Virus record (IMG/VR): IMGVR_UViG_3300036770_003016
DNA: 64,000 bases
Strand: one strand, 5' to 3'
Source of the DNA: a virus
A program made the position numbers and the translations under genes. A model generated the notes under the pieces. That model searched no databases and was not told the DNA's origin. It was given only the letters and a program-made list of their open reading frames with translations. This document shows, piece by piece, positions 1 through 8,946 of this stretch (positions within the stretch are counted from its first letter, which is position 1; every line of letters starts with the position of its first letter).

Positions 1-279
1 TTCAATAGCTTTGTCAACAACATCTTTCCCATAAACCTTGGATTCGGAGTAATACAGCTTCCCCGCCATATCCAGCCTTATTTTTATTGACTTTCCGCCT
101 ACAATCCACGCCGCAGGCTCTTGCTTCTCTGCCTGCTCGATGGCTTGGCGTAGTGCGGTGATAACTCCGTTATACCAATCAGTGCCTTCTGGGTGCTTAA
201 TCTTTTCTCGTGTGGTCACAAATATGCGACTATTTTCTAAAGCCTCCAATGCTTGCTTCATTGCTTTGATACTACTCAT
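1..279 (-). CDS. Hypothetical phage protein (runs off the window edge)
   Basis: Read manually: MSSIKAMKQALEALENSR...ALRQAIEQAEKQEPAAW, open to position 1; ATG overlaps the stop of the upstream ORF. Confidence 0.65.
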   Translation of the reverse strand, partial: MSSIKAMKQALEALENSRIFVTTREKIKHPEGTDWYNGVITALRQAIEQAEKQEPAAWIVGGKSIKIRLDMAGKLYYSESKVYGKDVVDKAIE

Positions 280-481
280 TAATATTATCCAACCTTTCTT
301 TCCACATTCTTATCGCAATGTCCAACTGCCGGATCTGAGAAAGCCTAATGTCATCCATGATATTCATACTAACATACTCAGAATTCATATTTCGTTCTGT
401 CATACTCCAAAGTAAATCTCTCTCTTTTTGTAGAGTATGAAGCACCACATCATAATCGTCACTCATTGTCTTTTCTTCCAT
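272..481 (-). CDS. Hypothetical protein (likely start 466)
   Basis: ORF track; tightly packed in the minus-strand operon. Confidence 0.6.
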   Translation of the reverse strand: MEEKTMSDDYDVVLHTLQKERDLLWSMTERNMNSEYVSMNIMDDIRLSQIRQLDIAIRMWKERLDNINE

Positions 482-552
482 AGTTCTTCATATACAATAA
501 TACAGATTCCTAGAATGAGACCAACAATCAATCCCATTAGAAAGGTGGTCAT
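463..552 (-). CDS. Small membrane protein (29 aa)
   Basis: Manual translation MTTFLMGLIVGLILGICIIVYEELWKKRQ; ATGA overlaps at both ends. Confidence 0.5.
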   Translation of the reverse strand: MTTFLMGLIVGLILGICIIVYEELWKKRQ

Positions 553-764
553 TCTTTTATTCCAAAATGTCGTTTGATGGCATCACTACATTCTTTAGCA
601 AATCTGGCTGTAGGTGCCTCATCGTGGAGAAATCTACCACCTTCTACTACACCAATACACTCTTGCACAATCAACTCAGCGAATTTCTCCTCGCTGAACA
701 TTACGATGCCCATGTCATCTTCATTGTGAGCCTGTCGAACAAGTTCACGAATTCTTTCGTTCAT
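549..764 (-). CDS. Hypothetical protein, KFAELIVxEC family, paralog 1
   Basis: Shares KFAELIV.EC and A.K.xFG.xE with 877..1095. Confidence 0.7.
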   Translation of the reverse strand: MNERIRELVRQAHNEDDMGIVMFSEEKFAELIVQECIGVVEGGRFLHDEAPTARFAKECSDAIKRHFGIKE

Positions 765-880
765 TCTTTTTCTCCAAATAATTTCATGTAAGCCTCAACT
801 TCATCCCAGTAATATAGGATTGTATCATCCCATGATACCTGGTAAAAATCCATAATAAAACGAATAGCCTGTTCCATCAT
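761..880 (-). CDS. Small hypothetical protein (39 aa)
   Basis: Manual translation MMEQAIRFIMDFYQVSWDDTILYYWDEVEAYMKLFGEKE; fills the gap with ATGA coupling. Confidence 0.55.
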   Translation of the reverse strand: MMEQAIRFIMDFYQVSWDDTILYYWDEVEAYMKLFGEKE

Positions 881-1095
881 TCAACTCCAAACCTTTCTTT
901 CATAGCCCAACTCATTCTATTCTTAAATGTAGGATCAACATCTTGAGACTCAATTATACTAGCACATTCACATACAATCAACTCTGCAAACTTTTGTAAC
1001 CATTGATCCTTAGTCAAGACACCACAGTCAAAAGGTTCATTGTGAATTGCTTCTTGAACAAATTCTTGCATGCGATTGTTCATAATCACATCCAA
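877..1095 (-). CDS. Hypothetical protein, KFAELIVxEC family, paralog 2
   Basis: Motifs shared with 549..764. Confidence 0.7.
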   Translation of the reverse strand: MDVIMNNRMQEFVQEAIHNEPFDCGVLTKDQWLQKFAELIVCECASIIESQDVDPTFKNRMSWAMKERFGVE

Positions 1096-1193
1096 AAAAT
1101 ATATTTCACAAGAGCAATCATGGCAAGGATATAAGTCAATCCTTTACCAATGGACGCCATCGCCAGTAATATTTCCTCATGTGTAAGTTTCAT
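1086..1193 (-). CDS. Small membrane protein (35 aa)
   Basis: Manual translation MKLTHEEILLAMASIGKGLTYILAMIALVKYIFWM. Confidence 0.5.
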   Translation of the reverse strand: MKLTHEEILLAMASIGKGLTYILAMIALVKYIFWM

Positions 1194-1417
1194 TTGTTCT
1201 TGTCCTTTACCCATAAACAATCAAAACAGATACGCATCATCCAACGAGCAAACCAATTTGGTTCGTTACCTTTTGTTGGTCTGTAAATCATACCCGATTT
1301 ACCAGGACGATTGCCAAATAAGTAACATTGCCAGTTTGAGAGTTCTGGACTGAAAATTGTGCCAATGTTGTGTTTAGGGACAAAGATTTTTGTTCCATCT
1401 GAAAATTCATCCACCAT
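1190..1417 (-). CDS. Hypothetical protein
   Basis: ORF track, operon packing. Confidence 0.6.
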   Translation of the reverse strand: MVDEFSDGTKIFVPKHNIGTIFSPELSNWQCYLFGNRPGKSGMIYRPTKGNEPNWFARWMMRICFDCLWVKDKNK

Positions 1418-1616
1418 TCTTCTCCTTTAGTTTTGCTTCTATTATAGTCCAGCAGTCTTCTAAATCTTCTAACCCATCGACTGCTTGCTCAAACTCCGCT
1501 CTTGTCAACCCAACCCAACGCTTTGAAGAAATCTGAGCATCACGAATAGTAAATCCACGCCTACGGACTTCTTCAATCAAAGCATCGTCAGTTACATTTT
1601 TCCATTCAAAACTCAT
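1407..1616 (-). CDS. Hypothetical protein
   Basis: ORF track; WVGLT...IEAKLKEKNG C-terminus typical of small phage ORFs. Confidence 0.65.
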   Translation of the reverse strand: MSFEWKNVTDDALIEEVRRRGFTIRDAQISSKRWVGLTRAEFEQAVDGLEDLEDCWTIIEAKLKEKNGG

Positions 1617-1933
1617 TCTGCATTATCCCAGTCAGCAATATCAAAACTCACTCGTAACCACAAGAATCCATCTGGATATAGTTTTCCCTCAAAACGAAAC
1701 CCACCACATGCCTCAATGTACTCACCACCCGTATCTTTTCGTTCTAATGTACCAATAATTACATTTTGTAGATACTTTCTGCAAAATTTACGCATGTCGG
1801 ATGTCGATGGTACACCTACATCAGCCCATTTCCAATCAAGAAATTCCATCACTTTATGTACTTGCTCAAAATTAAACTCATCTAAGCAGTCCATAATTGT
1901 ATCATAATGCTTTGATTCTAGTTCCATTACCAA
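1613..1933 (-). CDS. Hypothetical protein
   Basis: ORF track, operon packing. Confidence 0.7.
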   Translation of the reverse strand: MVMELESKHYDTIMDCLDEFNFEQVHKVMEFLDWKWADVGVPSTSDMRKFCRKYLQNVIIGTLERKDTGGEYIEACGGFRFEGKLYPDGFLWLRVSFDIADWDNAE

Positions 1934-2136
1934 TCGCTTTCATCAGTTATTGTTACAGTAAATTCACCTTCTGTATCTTTATGGGTTACATAGAAGGTGG
2001 CCGTTAGCGTAGTTCCTATACTATTATCACCAGTTTGTGCAAGAGTAACAGAACCATAATCTTCAGATTCATTCATTACATCAAATAGTTTATAGAGTTT
2101 TTCCAACTCTCTACGACTTAATCTTACGGTGTTCAT
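1927..2136 (-). CDS. Hypothetical protein
   Basis: ORF track, operon packing. Confidence 0.65.
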   Translation of the reverse strand: MNTVRLSRRELEKLYKLFDVMNESEDYGSVTLAQTGDNSIGTTLTATFYVTHKDTEGEFTVTITDESDW

Positions 2137-2360
2137 TCTATCAAAGTCCTATTCTGTATATCAAAATAATTCTCAATTGCTTTCTTGGCATATTCCATAT
2201 TAATGTAATGGCCAATCAACTCATCTGTAACCATTAGCTTGGCACCCCAGATATCGGTATGAGCCATATTGTATACTTGAGCAATGACCCGTCCATCTAT
2301 AGAATCGTAATAATATGAACCAGTACCTCTTGCATAGTCAGACCATTTACCTATAATCAT
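2133..2360 (-). CDS. Hypothetical protein
   Basis: ORF track, ATGA coupling. Confidence 0.65.
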   Translation of the reverse strand: MIIGKWSDYARGTGSYYYDSIDGRVIAQVYNMAHTDIWGAKLMVTDELIGHYINMEYAKKAIENYFDIQNRTLIE

Positions 2361-2749
2361 TTCTCACTCTCCAATAGTTTAGTGTACTCGTACTGCCTTG
2401 CTTTTGCTTTCATATAATGATCAGCACAGAGAGTTTTCATCCATGATAAATCTCCTCTTGTTTTCCCCTGTTTACCACATTCTTCACAGATATGCTCACT
2501 CATTGCTTCTGTAAGATCAAATACACCATCAATGTATTCTGAGTACATTGAATGATCGGTAAAATAGATTCTGAGACCGCCAAACTTTTCTTTGACTTGA
2601 TCTAGTGTTATATGACCAGCATTAGGATTAGACATATGCTTCCGATGTAGATGATTGTCAATAATAGTGAGTGCGGTTTCAATGAGTGGAATCCAACCAG
2701 GACCACACTCAAACTCTACTAATCCAATATGTTTATAGTTTCTGTTCAT
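2357..2749 (-). CDS. Conserved phage protein with QVKEKFGGLR motif and C-terminal Zn-binding CxxC
   Basis: GW.PLI, QVKEKFGGLRIY, CEECG...KTLC..H. Confidence 0.75.
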   Translation of the reverse strand: MNRNYKHIGLVEFECGPGWIPLIETALTIIDNHLHRKHMSNPNAGHITLDQVKEKFGGLRIYFTDHSMYSEYIDGVFDLTEAMSEHICEECGKQGKTRGDLSWMKTLCADHYMKAKARQYEYTKLLESEK

Positions 2750-2906
2750 TATCTTTACTCATCAATTCTTCAATACGATTTGCAGCCTCTTCCAATAGAT
2801 CAGCAATACGGTCAGGTTGCCCTTCCTGTACTGATTTCCTTGTTGGTATCTGTCTGCGAATCTCGGCACGCTTACGAAGCCGATATACTAGGTCATCATT
2901 GCTCAT
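2733..2906 (-). CDS. Hypothetical protein (57 aa)
   Basis: Manual translation MSNDDLVYRLRKRAEIRRQIPTRKSVQEGQPDRIADLLEEAANRIEELMSKDNEQKL. Confidence 0.7.
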   Translation of the reverse strand: MSNDDLVYRLRKRAEIRRQIPTRKSVQEGQPDRIADLLEEAANRIEELMSKDNEQKL

Positions 2907-3096
2907 CTAAACTATCAATCCATTTATTATAATCAGTAGGTGACATGTAGTATTGTAAAACTGTTCGGATGGCATCCTTACATTTACTACTATATTCATC
3001 ACTAAATTCTTCATTCAAAGAATCATATGATACTTTAAGGTCGTGTGCAACCAGTTTTGTTACTTCTTCTGCATCAAGTGTAATTTGATAACTCAT
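2896..3096 (-). CDS. Hypothetical protein
   Basis: ORF track. Confidence 0.6.
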   Translation of the reverse strand: MSYQITLDAEEVTKLVAHDLKVSYDSLNEEFSDEYSSKCKDAIRTVLQYYMSPTDYNKWIDSLDEQ

Positions 3097-3350
3097 AGTT
3101 TAGTTTCCTCATAGGCTTTAGGAGATGGTAGATCACTATAATGATCCCACATTGGTTTATTAGATACAATATCAGGTGCTGACTCTGCAATACGATCTAT
3201 GTCAAACTTGGTAGGATAATGCTTGAGTGTAGCTCGTGCTCGATAACGAATCGCAGCAGGCACTTTAGGTGTTACCTTTGGGTTGCATAGATCCAATAGG
3301 AATTGTTCAGCACATTTCATTGCACGGTATCGCTCATCAGGTAAGGTCAT
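3093..3350 (-). CDS. BPSL0761-like small protein
   Basis: MTLPDERYRA...FL.DL...IR..A...LKHYP pattern; GAGGA RBS before ATG at 3350. Confidence 0.6.
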   Translation of the reverse strand: MTLPDERYRAMKCAEQFLLDLCNPKVTPKVPAAIRYRARATLKHYPTKFDIDRIAESAPDIVSNKPMWDHYSDLPSPKAYEETKL

Positions 3351-3427
3351 TTTATTCCTCGTCAAAAAATATGGCAAGTATACCGAGATAAACAAGATAC
3401 ATGCCGATAACTATATGTATTGCATCC

Positions 3428-3456
3428 ATTGTACTACATTCATTGCCATTTGTCAA
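3428..3456 (-). promoter_or_regulatory. Sigma70-type early promoter
   Basis: TTGACA-17 nt-TACAAT on the minus strand; the -35 overlaps the stop codon of 3453..3890. Confidence 0.7.
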
Positions 3457-3890
3457 GCGTCTCGTTCGGCAATTTCAAAGATTAGATTCTGCACAAACTT
3501 ATGATCCAACTCTGTAGAATTATTATCTTCAAATGGTATAACTGATACCTCATCAGAATTTACATCATACCAGCACCATAGGCAGACTTCTTCTTTAGGC
3601 CTATGTATGAGAGCCCAAGGTGTCTGTACATGTTCTGGAAATTCTTCGGTCAATGAGGTTTTATGTACGAACACAGCAAAAGATAATGTATTTAAATCAT
3701 TCTCTTCATCTGTTTCTTCATTATACCCATACCCATCAAAAATTATCTTGATGCCATTAGGCGTATCACCAGAATCATTTCCAGGACTACCATTGCCATC
3801 AAATATATCTTCATCCATTGTTGCAATGAAATCTCGTACCCATTGCTCTACAATGGCACTATAATCACGGTCATCATTCGTGTAAATCAT
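3453..3890 (-). CDS. Acidic hypothetical protein
   Basis: ORF track. Confidence 0.7.
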   Translation of the reverse strand: MIYTNDDRDYSAIVEQWVRDFIATMDEDIFDGNGSPGNDSGDTPNGIKIIFDGYGYNEETDEENDLNTLSFAVFVHKTSLTEEFPEHVQTPWALIHRPKEEVCLWCWYDVNSDEVSVIPFEDNNSTELDHKFVQNLIFEIAERDA

Positions 3891-3943
3891 ATTCTTCTTC
3901 CATCATTTGTTGTTGATTAATAGGACCTGGTAGATAATACTCA

Positions 3944-4360
3944 TCAGGCTTCCTGGGCAAGAAACTGGGCATATAGTTCTTTGCCTCTTGATTCTGCTTC
4001 AATTTCCCAGGGTTGTTGTTCATAGGGGATTGTGTCTGAATTAACATATTCTCCTCTCCAATAGGTCATTTGTTCATTCAATTCATTTCGAGCATATTGT
4101 TTTACATGCACAAGTTCATGAGCCAATGATATCAATTTAGTTTCAGCATTATCTGAACGATTGATTTCGATTATGAATGATCTTGGTGAACCTAATACAT
4201 TATAATCCTCAACAGTAACTAATCCATGATGATAATCAGCAAACTTTACAAATTTAACTGTTATCTCTATATGTTTTTGTAATTGTGGAGTAAATAGATT
4301 CGATGCATAATATTCTAATGCACGAATCTGCCTTTTATTGAGTTTTCCATTGATAACCAT
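3944..4360 (-). CDS. Zn metallopeptidase-like protein (HExxH)
   Basis: LAHELVHVKQY followed by PWEIEA. Confidence 0.75.
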   Translation of the reverse strand: MVINGKLNKRQIRALEYYASNLFTPQLQKHIEITVKFVKFADYHHGLVTVEDYNVLGSPRSFIIEINRSDNAETKLISLAHELVHVKQYARNELNEQMTYWRGEYVNSDTIPYEQQPWEIEAESRGKELYAQFLAQEA

Positions 4361-4366
4361 AATACT

Positions 4367-4395
4367 ATTATATCATGGTCGGTTTGAATTGTCAA
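4367..4395 (-). promoter_or_regulatory. Sigma70-type early promoter
   Basis: TTGACA-17 nt-TATAAT (perfect consensus); ATG at 4360 lies 6 nt downstream of the -10, so the mRNA may be leaderless. Confidence 0.8.
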
Positions 4396-4742
4396 GCGTC
4401 TTGAGGATCAATAGGAGAGAGTTTCTCCAGATGCTTTAGATTACCCTTAACAAAATATGCCGATATTTCTTCCCATATTTTGTAGTCTTTATCTAAATTT
4501 CGGTAAAATACAATCTCGCCAGTATAATTAGATAATTGTTCCCATACATGATTAAAATGATTTATATACCCACCAAGAAAGGCATTTGCATCTTCTATCC
4601 ATTCGGTATCATACTTTTCAACCCAAAGTGTTCCGTCTTCCCGAATTTCATAATTATCCATTAATTGATTCGGTGTATCTTTGGTTTGGTATTCGTGTTG
4701 GTTGTACCGTATATAATCAAACATTCCCATTTTATAACTCAT
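4392..4742 (-). CDS. Hypothetical protein
   Basis: MGMFDYI...YQTKD motif, ORF track. Confidence 0.7.
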   Translation of the reverse strand: MSYKMGMFDYIRYNQHEYQTKDTPNQLMDNYEIREDGTLWVEKYDTEWIEDANAFLGGYINHFNHVWEQLSNYTGEIVFYRNLDKDYKIWEEISAYFVKGNLKHLEKLSPIDPQDA

Positions 4743-4989
4743 AAGTGTTGGCTGGGTCTAATTCTAACAGTATATTCAGGAACAAGCAAGCATCTTCTTC
4801 ATTGGTATATTGCCGAATGAATAATTGCCCTGTAATATCTGATCGTACCAATAACATAATTTGAGTGTCACGGTACATAGAGAATTTAACGACCCAGCCG
4901 TTTCTATTAACGGCAGAAAAAGATTTAGTCTTTGTTGCTATCTCTAGAAACTTTTTGGAAGGCACCGGCTGTAATGAATTGTTTTGCAT
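4732..4989 (-). CDS. Hypothetical protein
   Basis: ORF track. Confidence 0.6.
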   Translation of the reverse strand: MQNNSLQPVPSKKFLEIATKTKSFSAVNRNGWVVKFSMYRDTQIMLLVRSDITGQLFIRQYTNEEDACLFLNILLELDPANTYEL

Positions 4990-5149
4990 TTTCAGAAATT
5001 TGATTAAATACTTCTAGACCTTTCTGATTATATGTATGCATTTCTTTATTTACAGTTTCTACTGCCTTATTGACGAAATCTTTTTGAAGATCAATGGCCA
5101 TTGTGGCGTACTTGGTCATATCTTGGATGGTTGGAATATTAGTAAACAT
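4925..5149 (-). CDS. Small amphipathic helical protein (phasin-like composition)
   Basis: AAGGAG RBS; amphipathic helical sequence. Confidence 0.55.
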   Translation of the reverse strand: MFTNIPTIQDMTKYATMAIDLQKDFVNKAVETVNKEMHTYNQKGLEVFNQISENAKQFITAGAFQKVSRDSNKD

Positions 5150-5172
5150 AGTTATCTCCTTTAGACGATAGT

Positions 5173-5280
5173 TTAATATTGTTTGGAATAAATTTTTGCA
5201 ATTCTTTCTGCTCTTCTCATTTGCATTTCAGCAAAAGCACGGTAGAATTCAACAAAAAAAGTTTTGATTTTCTGTAACAT
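5173..5280 (-). CDS. Small basic protein (35 aa)
   Basis: Manual translation MLQKIKTFFVEFYRAFAEMQMRRAERIAKIYSKQY; AAGGAGG RBS; late-promoter-like CATAAATA at 5309-5316. Confidence 0.65.
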   Translation of the reverse strand: MLQKIKTFFVEFYRAFAEMQMRRAERIAKIYSKQY

Positions 5281-5332
5281 GTAACCTCCTTGTTAAGCGT
5301 TACATGGTTATTTATGTTGCAAGAGCACAATC

Positions 5333-6037
5333 CTAGAGAATTTTATTGAAAAGTTTACATTTATCGCCGTGATATCTAGCATAGTTACCTAAATCTAAAA
5401 CACGATTACAATGAATACAGGTCTTTTTTGGTCTGTTTTTTGTTTCTTCACTCATCTTTTTTAGTCTATCTTCATCGTATTTTATACCTTTATTTGGATG
5501 AACATAATTTGGATCATCTAATGTTTTTCTCAATGAGGCAATTTGTTTCTTAACTGATTCTGGGTCTTTTTTAACACCTTTAAATTTCTCACTAACAATT
5601 CTTCTTTGATTATCTGATTGTTTTTTACCATACATACCAACTTTTTTTTCTTGATGCAATCTTTTAACCAAGTCACTCTTTTTTTCTTTTATTTTTAGTT
5701 GACCTAATTTTAGTTTTTCACAAGTTTCTTCGTACATAGGGTGTTCTTTGTATAAGACTGTTACGCCTCCTTTACCACCCAATGATATGTTATAATAGTC
5801 TTCATCACCAATTATTTTTTCATTGACCAATTCTTTTTCTTTTTTGTTCATATCTTCTTCATTATCAAAAATAAACAATATTTTCTTCTGAAAATTGTCT
5901 TTACCATATTTTTTTATGGCATTTTTTAAATATATTCCAGAGCCTAGATAACTGTCATCTATTTTTTCTGTTATATGTTTACCAATATATTTTTTATTCG
6001 TCAATAAATTGGTCGTTTCGTAAATAGTATAAAACAT
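5333..6037 (-). mobile_element. Free-standing GIY-YIG (Seg-like) homing endonuclease
   Basis: TIYETTNL..KKYIGKH, YLGSG, YYNISLGG, basic NUMOD-like tract, C-terminal CxxC..YHGDKC; GGAGG RBS precedes ATG at 6037. Confidence 0.9.
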
Positions 6038-6090
6038 AGTTTCCTCCATATTTTATACTATTTATTAAAATTTAACTTTAGAGGAGATTT

Positions 6091-6843
6091 TTAAACATCA
6101 ATATCTAAATTATTACAAGCAATGATCCAGTCCCTCACCAAAGAACTTCTACAGATATCATCTACTGTAAATTCTATGAGTGTGAAGTCTTTCATAGTTT
6201 TGGCTACATCCAAAAACTGTTTAATACCAGAAACATCACTACTCTTTTTATTCAAATCATTCTGTCTGTAGTCACCACACCAAATAATCTTTGACCTATA
6301 CCCGACCCTGGTCATCACAGTAGAAATTTCACTCCAATTCATGTTCTGACATTCATCCACTATGATTATAGCGTCATCAAAAGACATACCACGAATGAAA
6401 CTGGTACTAATGAAACTGATATGGCCTTGTTCATCTAGTCTCTGATATGCATCACGGCGACCAAATAGTGTCTCGCATATCTGCCTGTATGGTTGTTCAT
6501 AGATTTCCATTTTCTCTGATGCATCACCAGGCAGATGGCCAATCTCTCTTGATTGTACTGCCGAACGAACTATGATTATTTTATTGAATGGGTTTGATTT
6601 GTCAAGAACTTCTTCTAATGCCTTGTAAAGTGCAATAAATGTCTTGCCTGTTCCTGCAACGCCATGTAATGCTATAAAATAGTCACCTCGTTTATAGGCG
6701 TCAAAGAATTGTTTCTGATGGTCTGTAAGTGGGTCAAATGTTTTTAAATCGTCTATTCTTATTTTAAGATGGTGGTTTGTATTACCGTTCTTAGGTGTAG
6801 TGGTGTTCTCTGTTTCTGTATTTGCGGTCTGTTTACGGGCCAT
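6091..6843 (-). CDS. phoH: PhoH-like ATPase
   Basis: GVAGTGKT Walker A, RSAV, IGHLPG, FIRGMSF, DECQN, GDYRQNDL. Confidence 0.95.
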   Translation of the reverse strand: MARKQTANTETENTTTPKNGNTNHHLKIRIDDLKTFDPLTDHQKQFFDAYKRGDYFIALHGVAGTGKTFIALYKALEEVLDKSNPFNKIIIVRSAVQSREIGHLPGDASEKMEIYEQPYRQICETLFGRRDAYQRLDEQGHISFISTSFIRGMSFDDAIIIVDECQNMNWSEISTVMTRVGYRSKIIWCGDYRQNDLNKKSSDVSGIKQFLDVAKTMKDFTLIEFTVDDICRSSLVRDWIIACNNLDIDV

Positions 6844-7264
6844 GAGATTCCTTTTCTTCGGTTAACATATTTTTTAAATGCTCTTTTCTTACTCTCACCA
6901 TCAACCAATCATTATAATAATTATCACTTAGCAAAGCACCAAGCGTAATGATGTAGTGCGTTTCCCAATACGCACATTCGGATCTTGTTTTACAGAGTTT
7001 GAGGATTGTTCTACAGAAAGTGTCTGGGCCAAATGATTTGACCTCTTCTTGAATGACTTTGTTTGAACCATAATAATCTTTCCAATCACTTTTTTTGCGA
7101 GTTTTCTTTTTCTTACCATTTACTTGCTTACTACCGGCTTTGGTAAAGAATTTTTTGCCAATATATTTTCTCCCAGAAACTATGTTTTCTATCACATATA
7201 CAAACCCATAGTTATCTTCTATATCGTTTTCAGTAAATAATGTATTTTTATAGTACCAACTCAT
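6833..7264 (-). CDS. GIY-YIG domain protein
   Basis: GFVYVIEN..GRKYIGKK, DWKDYYGS, YYN. Confidence 0.85.
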   Translation of the reverse strand: MSWYYKNTLFTENDIEDNYGFVYVIENIVSGRKYIGKKFFTKAGSKQVNGKKKKTRKKSDWKDYYGSNKVIQEEVKSFGPDTFCRTILKLCKTRSECAYWETHYIITLGALLSDNYYNDWLMVRVRKEHLKNMLTEEKESHGP

Positions 7265-7413
7265 TCATCGTCTTCTTCAATTTCTTCCTCATCTTCGATT
7301 ATATATGAACTACAGAACGGGCAGTAGGTTGGCCTGTCTTCTACCTGTTCTTCGTCATATTTAATTTTAAATTCAGAATCGCAATCGCTACATGTATGAC
7401 TTAATGTTGCCAT
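7261..7413 (-). CDS. Small zinc-ribbon protein with acidic tail (50 aa)
   Basis: Manual translation: CSDC...CPFC, then EDEEEIEEDDE. Confidence 0.75.
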   Translation of the reverse strand: MATLSHTCSDCDSEFKIKYDEEQVEDRPTYCPFCSSYIIEDEEEIEEDDE

Positions 7414-7832
7414 TAATTACACCATGATGACTTCTTTTCACCGTGATAGGGTCTTGCATGGCCATTTGCAATTAATAGTTCTGATAACTTTTTCCCATCA
7501 AGGATTACATCACCTAATACCCTTCCACCATACTTATCATGGGACTCTAGAAGGATTTGTGTGACTTTGGCATTTTTTACAGCATTTTTAGTAAATTCTG
7601 ATGCAGCAATGGCAGCCTTGGCCTCTTTATCACATTGAGCTCTATGACCCTTCTCAGGAGTATCAACACCAAGAACACGAATTGAAAGTAATGGTTTTAA
7701 TGGTGCAGGCATAAATGGTGCTTCAAATTCTACTGTATCACCATCAATGACCCTTGTGATTTTATAATTGTATGGATTAGCAAGTGATGCCGAACCCATC
7801 ATCATAAAAATTAGAAAAATTATTTTTTTCAA
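7413..7832 (-). CDS. Thermonuclease (SNase-like) with signal peptide
   Basis: RVIDGDT, IRVLGVDTPE, DKYGGRVLG; TTG start at 7832 after AAGGAG. Confidence 0.9.
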   Translation of the reverse strand: MKKIIFLIFMMMGSASLANPYNYKITRVIDGDTVEFEAPFMPAPLKPLLSIRVLGVDTPEKGHRAQCDKEAKAAIAASEFTKNAVKNAKVTQILLESHDKYGGRVLGDVILDGKKLSELLIANGHARPYHGEKKSSWCN

Positions 7833-7846
7833 AGTTTTAACTCCTT

Positions 7847-7942
7847 CTAAAATATTTCCCATAGCATCCATAGTACGATGAGTCCTATAAGACCTACGAG
7901 AAAAGTGCCTATTATATCCACTAGTAACATATTGAAAAACAT
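7847..7942 (-). CDS. Small membrane protein (31 aa)
   Basis: Manual translation MFFNMLLVDIIGTFLVGLIGLIVLWMLWEIF. Confidence 0.5.
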   Translation of the reverse strand: MFFNMLLVDIIGTFLVGLIGLIVLWMLWEIF

Positions 7943-8946
7943 TATGCTGCTTTGCCCCATACATCTTCCCATGTTCCAGACAATGCACCTTTGGCGTAGT
8001 CTGTAACACGGTTCTCAAAGAAATTACCGTGAATAGGTGCATTGAGTATTTCTTCTACCCAAGGCAATGGATTCTTTTTGACTTTGAAAATGCCTTTCAT
8101 TCCCATGCTAATTAATCTACGGTCAGCAATATAACGAATGTATTGTTTAACATCTTGTGCGGTCAAGTTTGGCATGTCTCCCATATCAAATGCAAGGTCA
8201 ATAAATTTGTCTTCAAGTTCAACCATTCGTGTTGCAATGGTATATATTTTACCTTTCAGGTCATCATTCCAAATCTCTTTGTTCTCCTCTATATATGTTC
8301 TAAAGAGTTTAATCATAGACTCAGTGTGCATTGTTTCATCAACAATAGACCATGTAACGATTTGACCCATACCCTTCATAAGGCCATGGCGTGGGAAGTT
8401 TAACAACATTATAAACGACGAAAATAATTGCATGCCTTCTGTAAAAGCACTAAAGGCAGCAATATGGGCAGCAGTAGACTCAATAGTGCCGTTTTTTGAA
8501 GATAGGTCCAGAATGTACTCATGTTTCTCTCTCATTTGTGCGTATTCTAGAAATTCGTCATATGTAGAGTCTGGCATGCCAAGTGTTTCGATCAAGTGCG
8601 AATATGCTGCAATATGTAATGCTTCCCTTGCGGCGAAGCCAAGTAACATCATGCGAACTTCTGGTTGTGGAAAATAGGGTAGATAGTTATTAACATAACC
8701 TCCTGCAACATCAACATCGCCTTGTGTGAAGAAACGAAAGATGTTTGTAAGGAATTGTTTTTGTGATGCTGTAAGTTTATTCTTCCAATCTTTTACATCT
8801 TCAAGCATTGGAACTTCTGAGTGTAACCAGTGAGCCTGTTCGTGCTTTAACCATGCCTCGTAAGCCCATGGATAATTAAATGGTTTAAAACTGTTTCTCT
8901 CGTCTGTTAGTCTTGTTTTTGCTTTCTTGATCATTTCTATCTCCAA
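7942..8946 (-). CDS. nrdB: Ribonucleotide reductase class Ia beta subunit
   Basis: FFTQGD, REALHIAAY, EGMQLFSSF, DETMH, NFFE motifs. Confidence 0.95.
   Translation of the reverse strand: MEIEMIKKAKTRLTDERNSFKPFNYPWAYEAWLKHEQAHWLHSEVPMLEDVKDWKNKLTASQKQFLTNIFRFFTQGDVDVAGGYVNNYLPYFPQPEVRMMLLGFAAREALHIAAYSHLIETLGMPDSTYDEFLEYAQMREKHEYILDLSSKNGTIESTAAHIAAFSAFTEGMQLFSSFIMLLNFPRHGLMKGMGQIVTWSIVDETMHTESMIKLFRTYIEENKEIWNDDLKGKIYTIATRMVELEDKFIDLAFDMGDMPNLTAQDVKQYIRYIADRRLISMGMKGIFKVKKNPLPWVEEILNAPIHGNFFENRVTDYAKGALSGTWEDVWGKAA

Noticed and set aside
7833-8042. N-terminal extension of the thermonuclease given by the ORF track
   Set aside because: Overlaps nrdB and a small membrane ORF; the RBS and signal peptide indicate a TTG start at 7832
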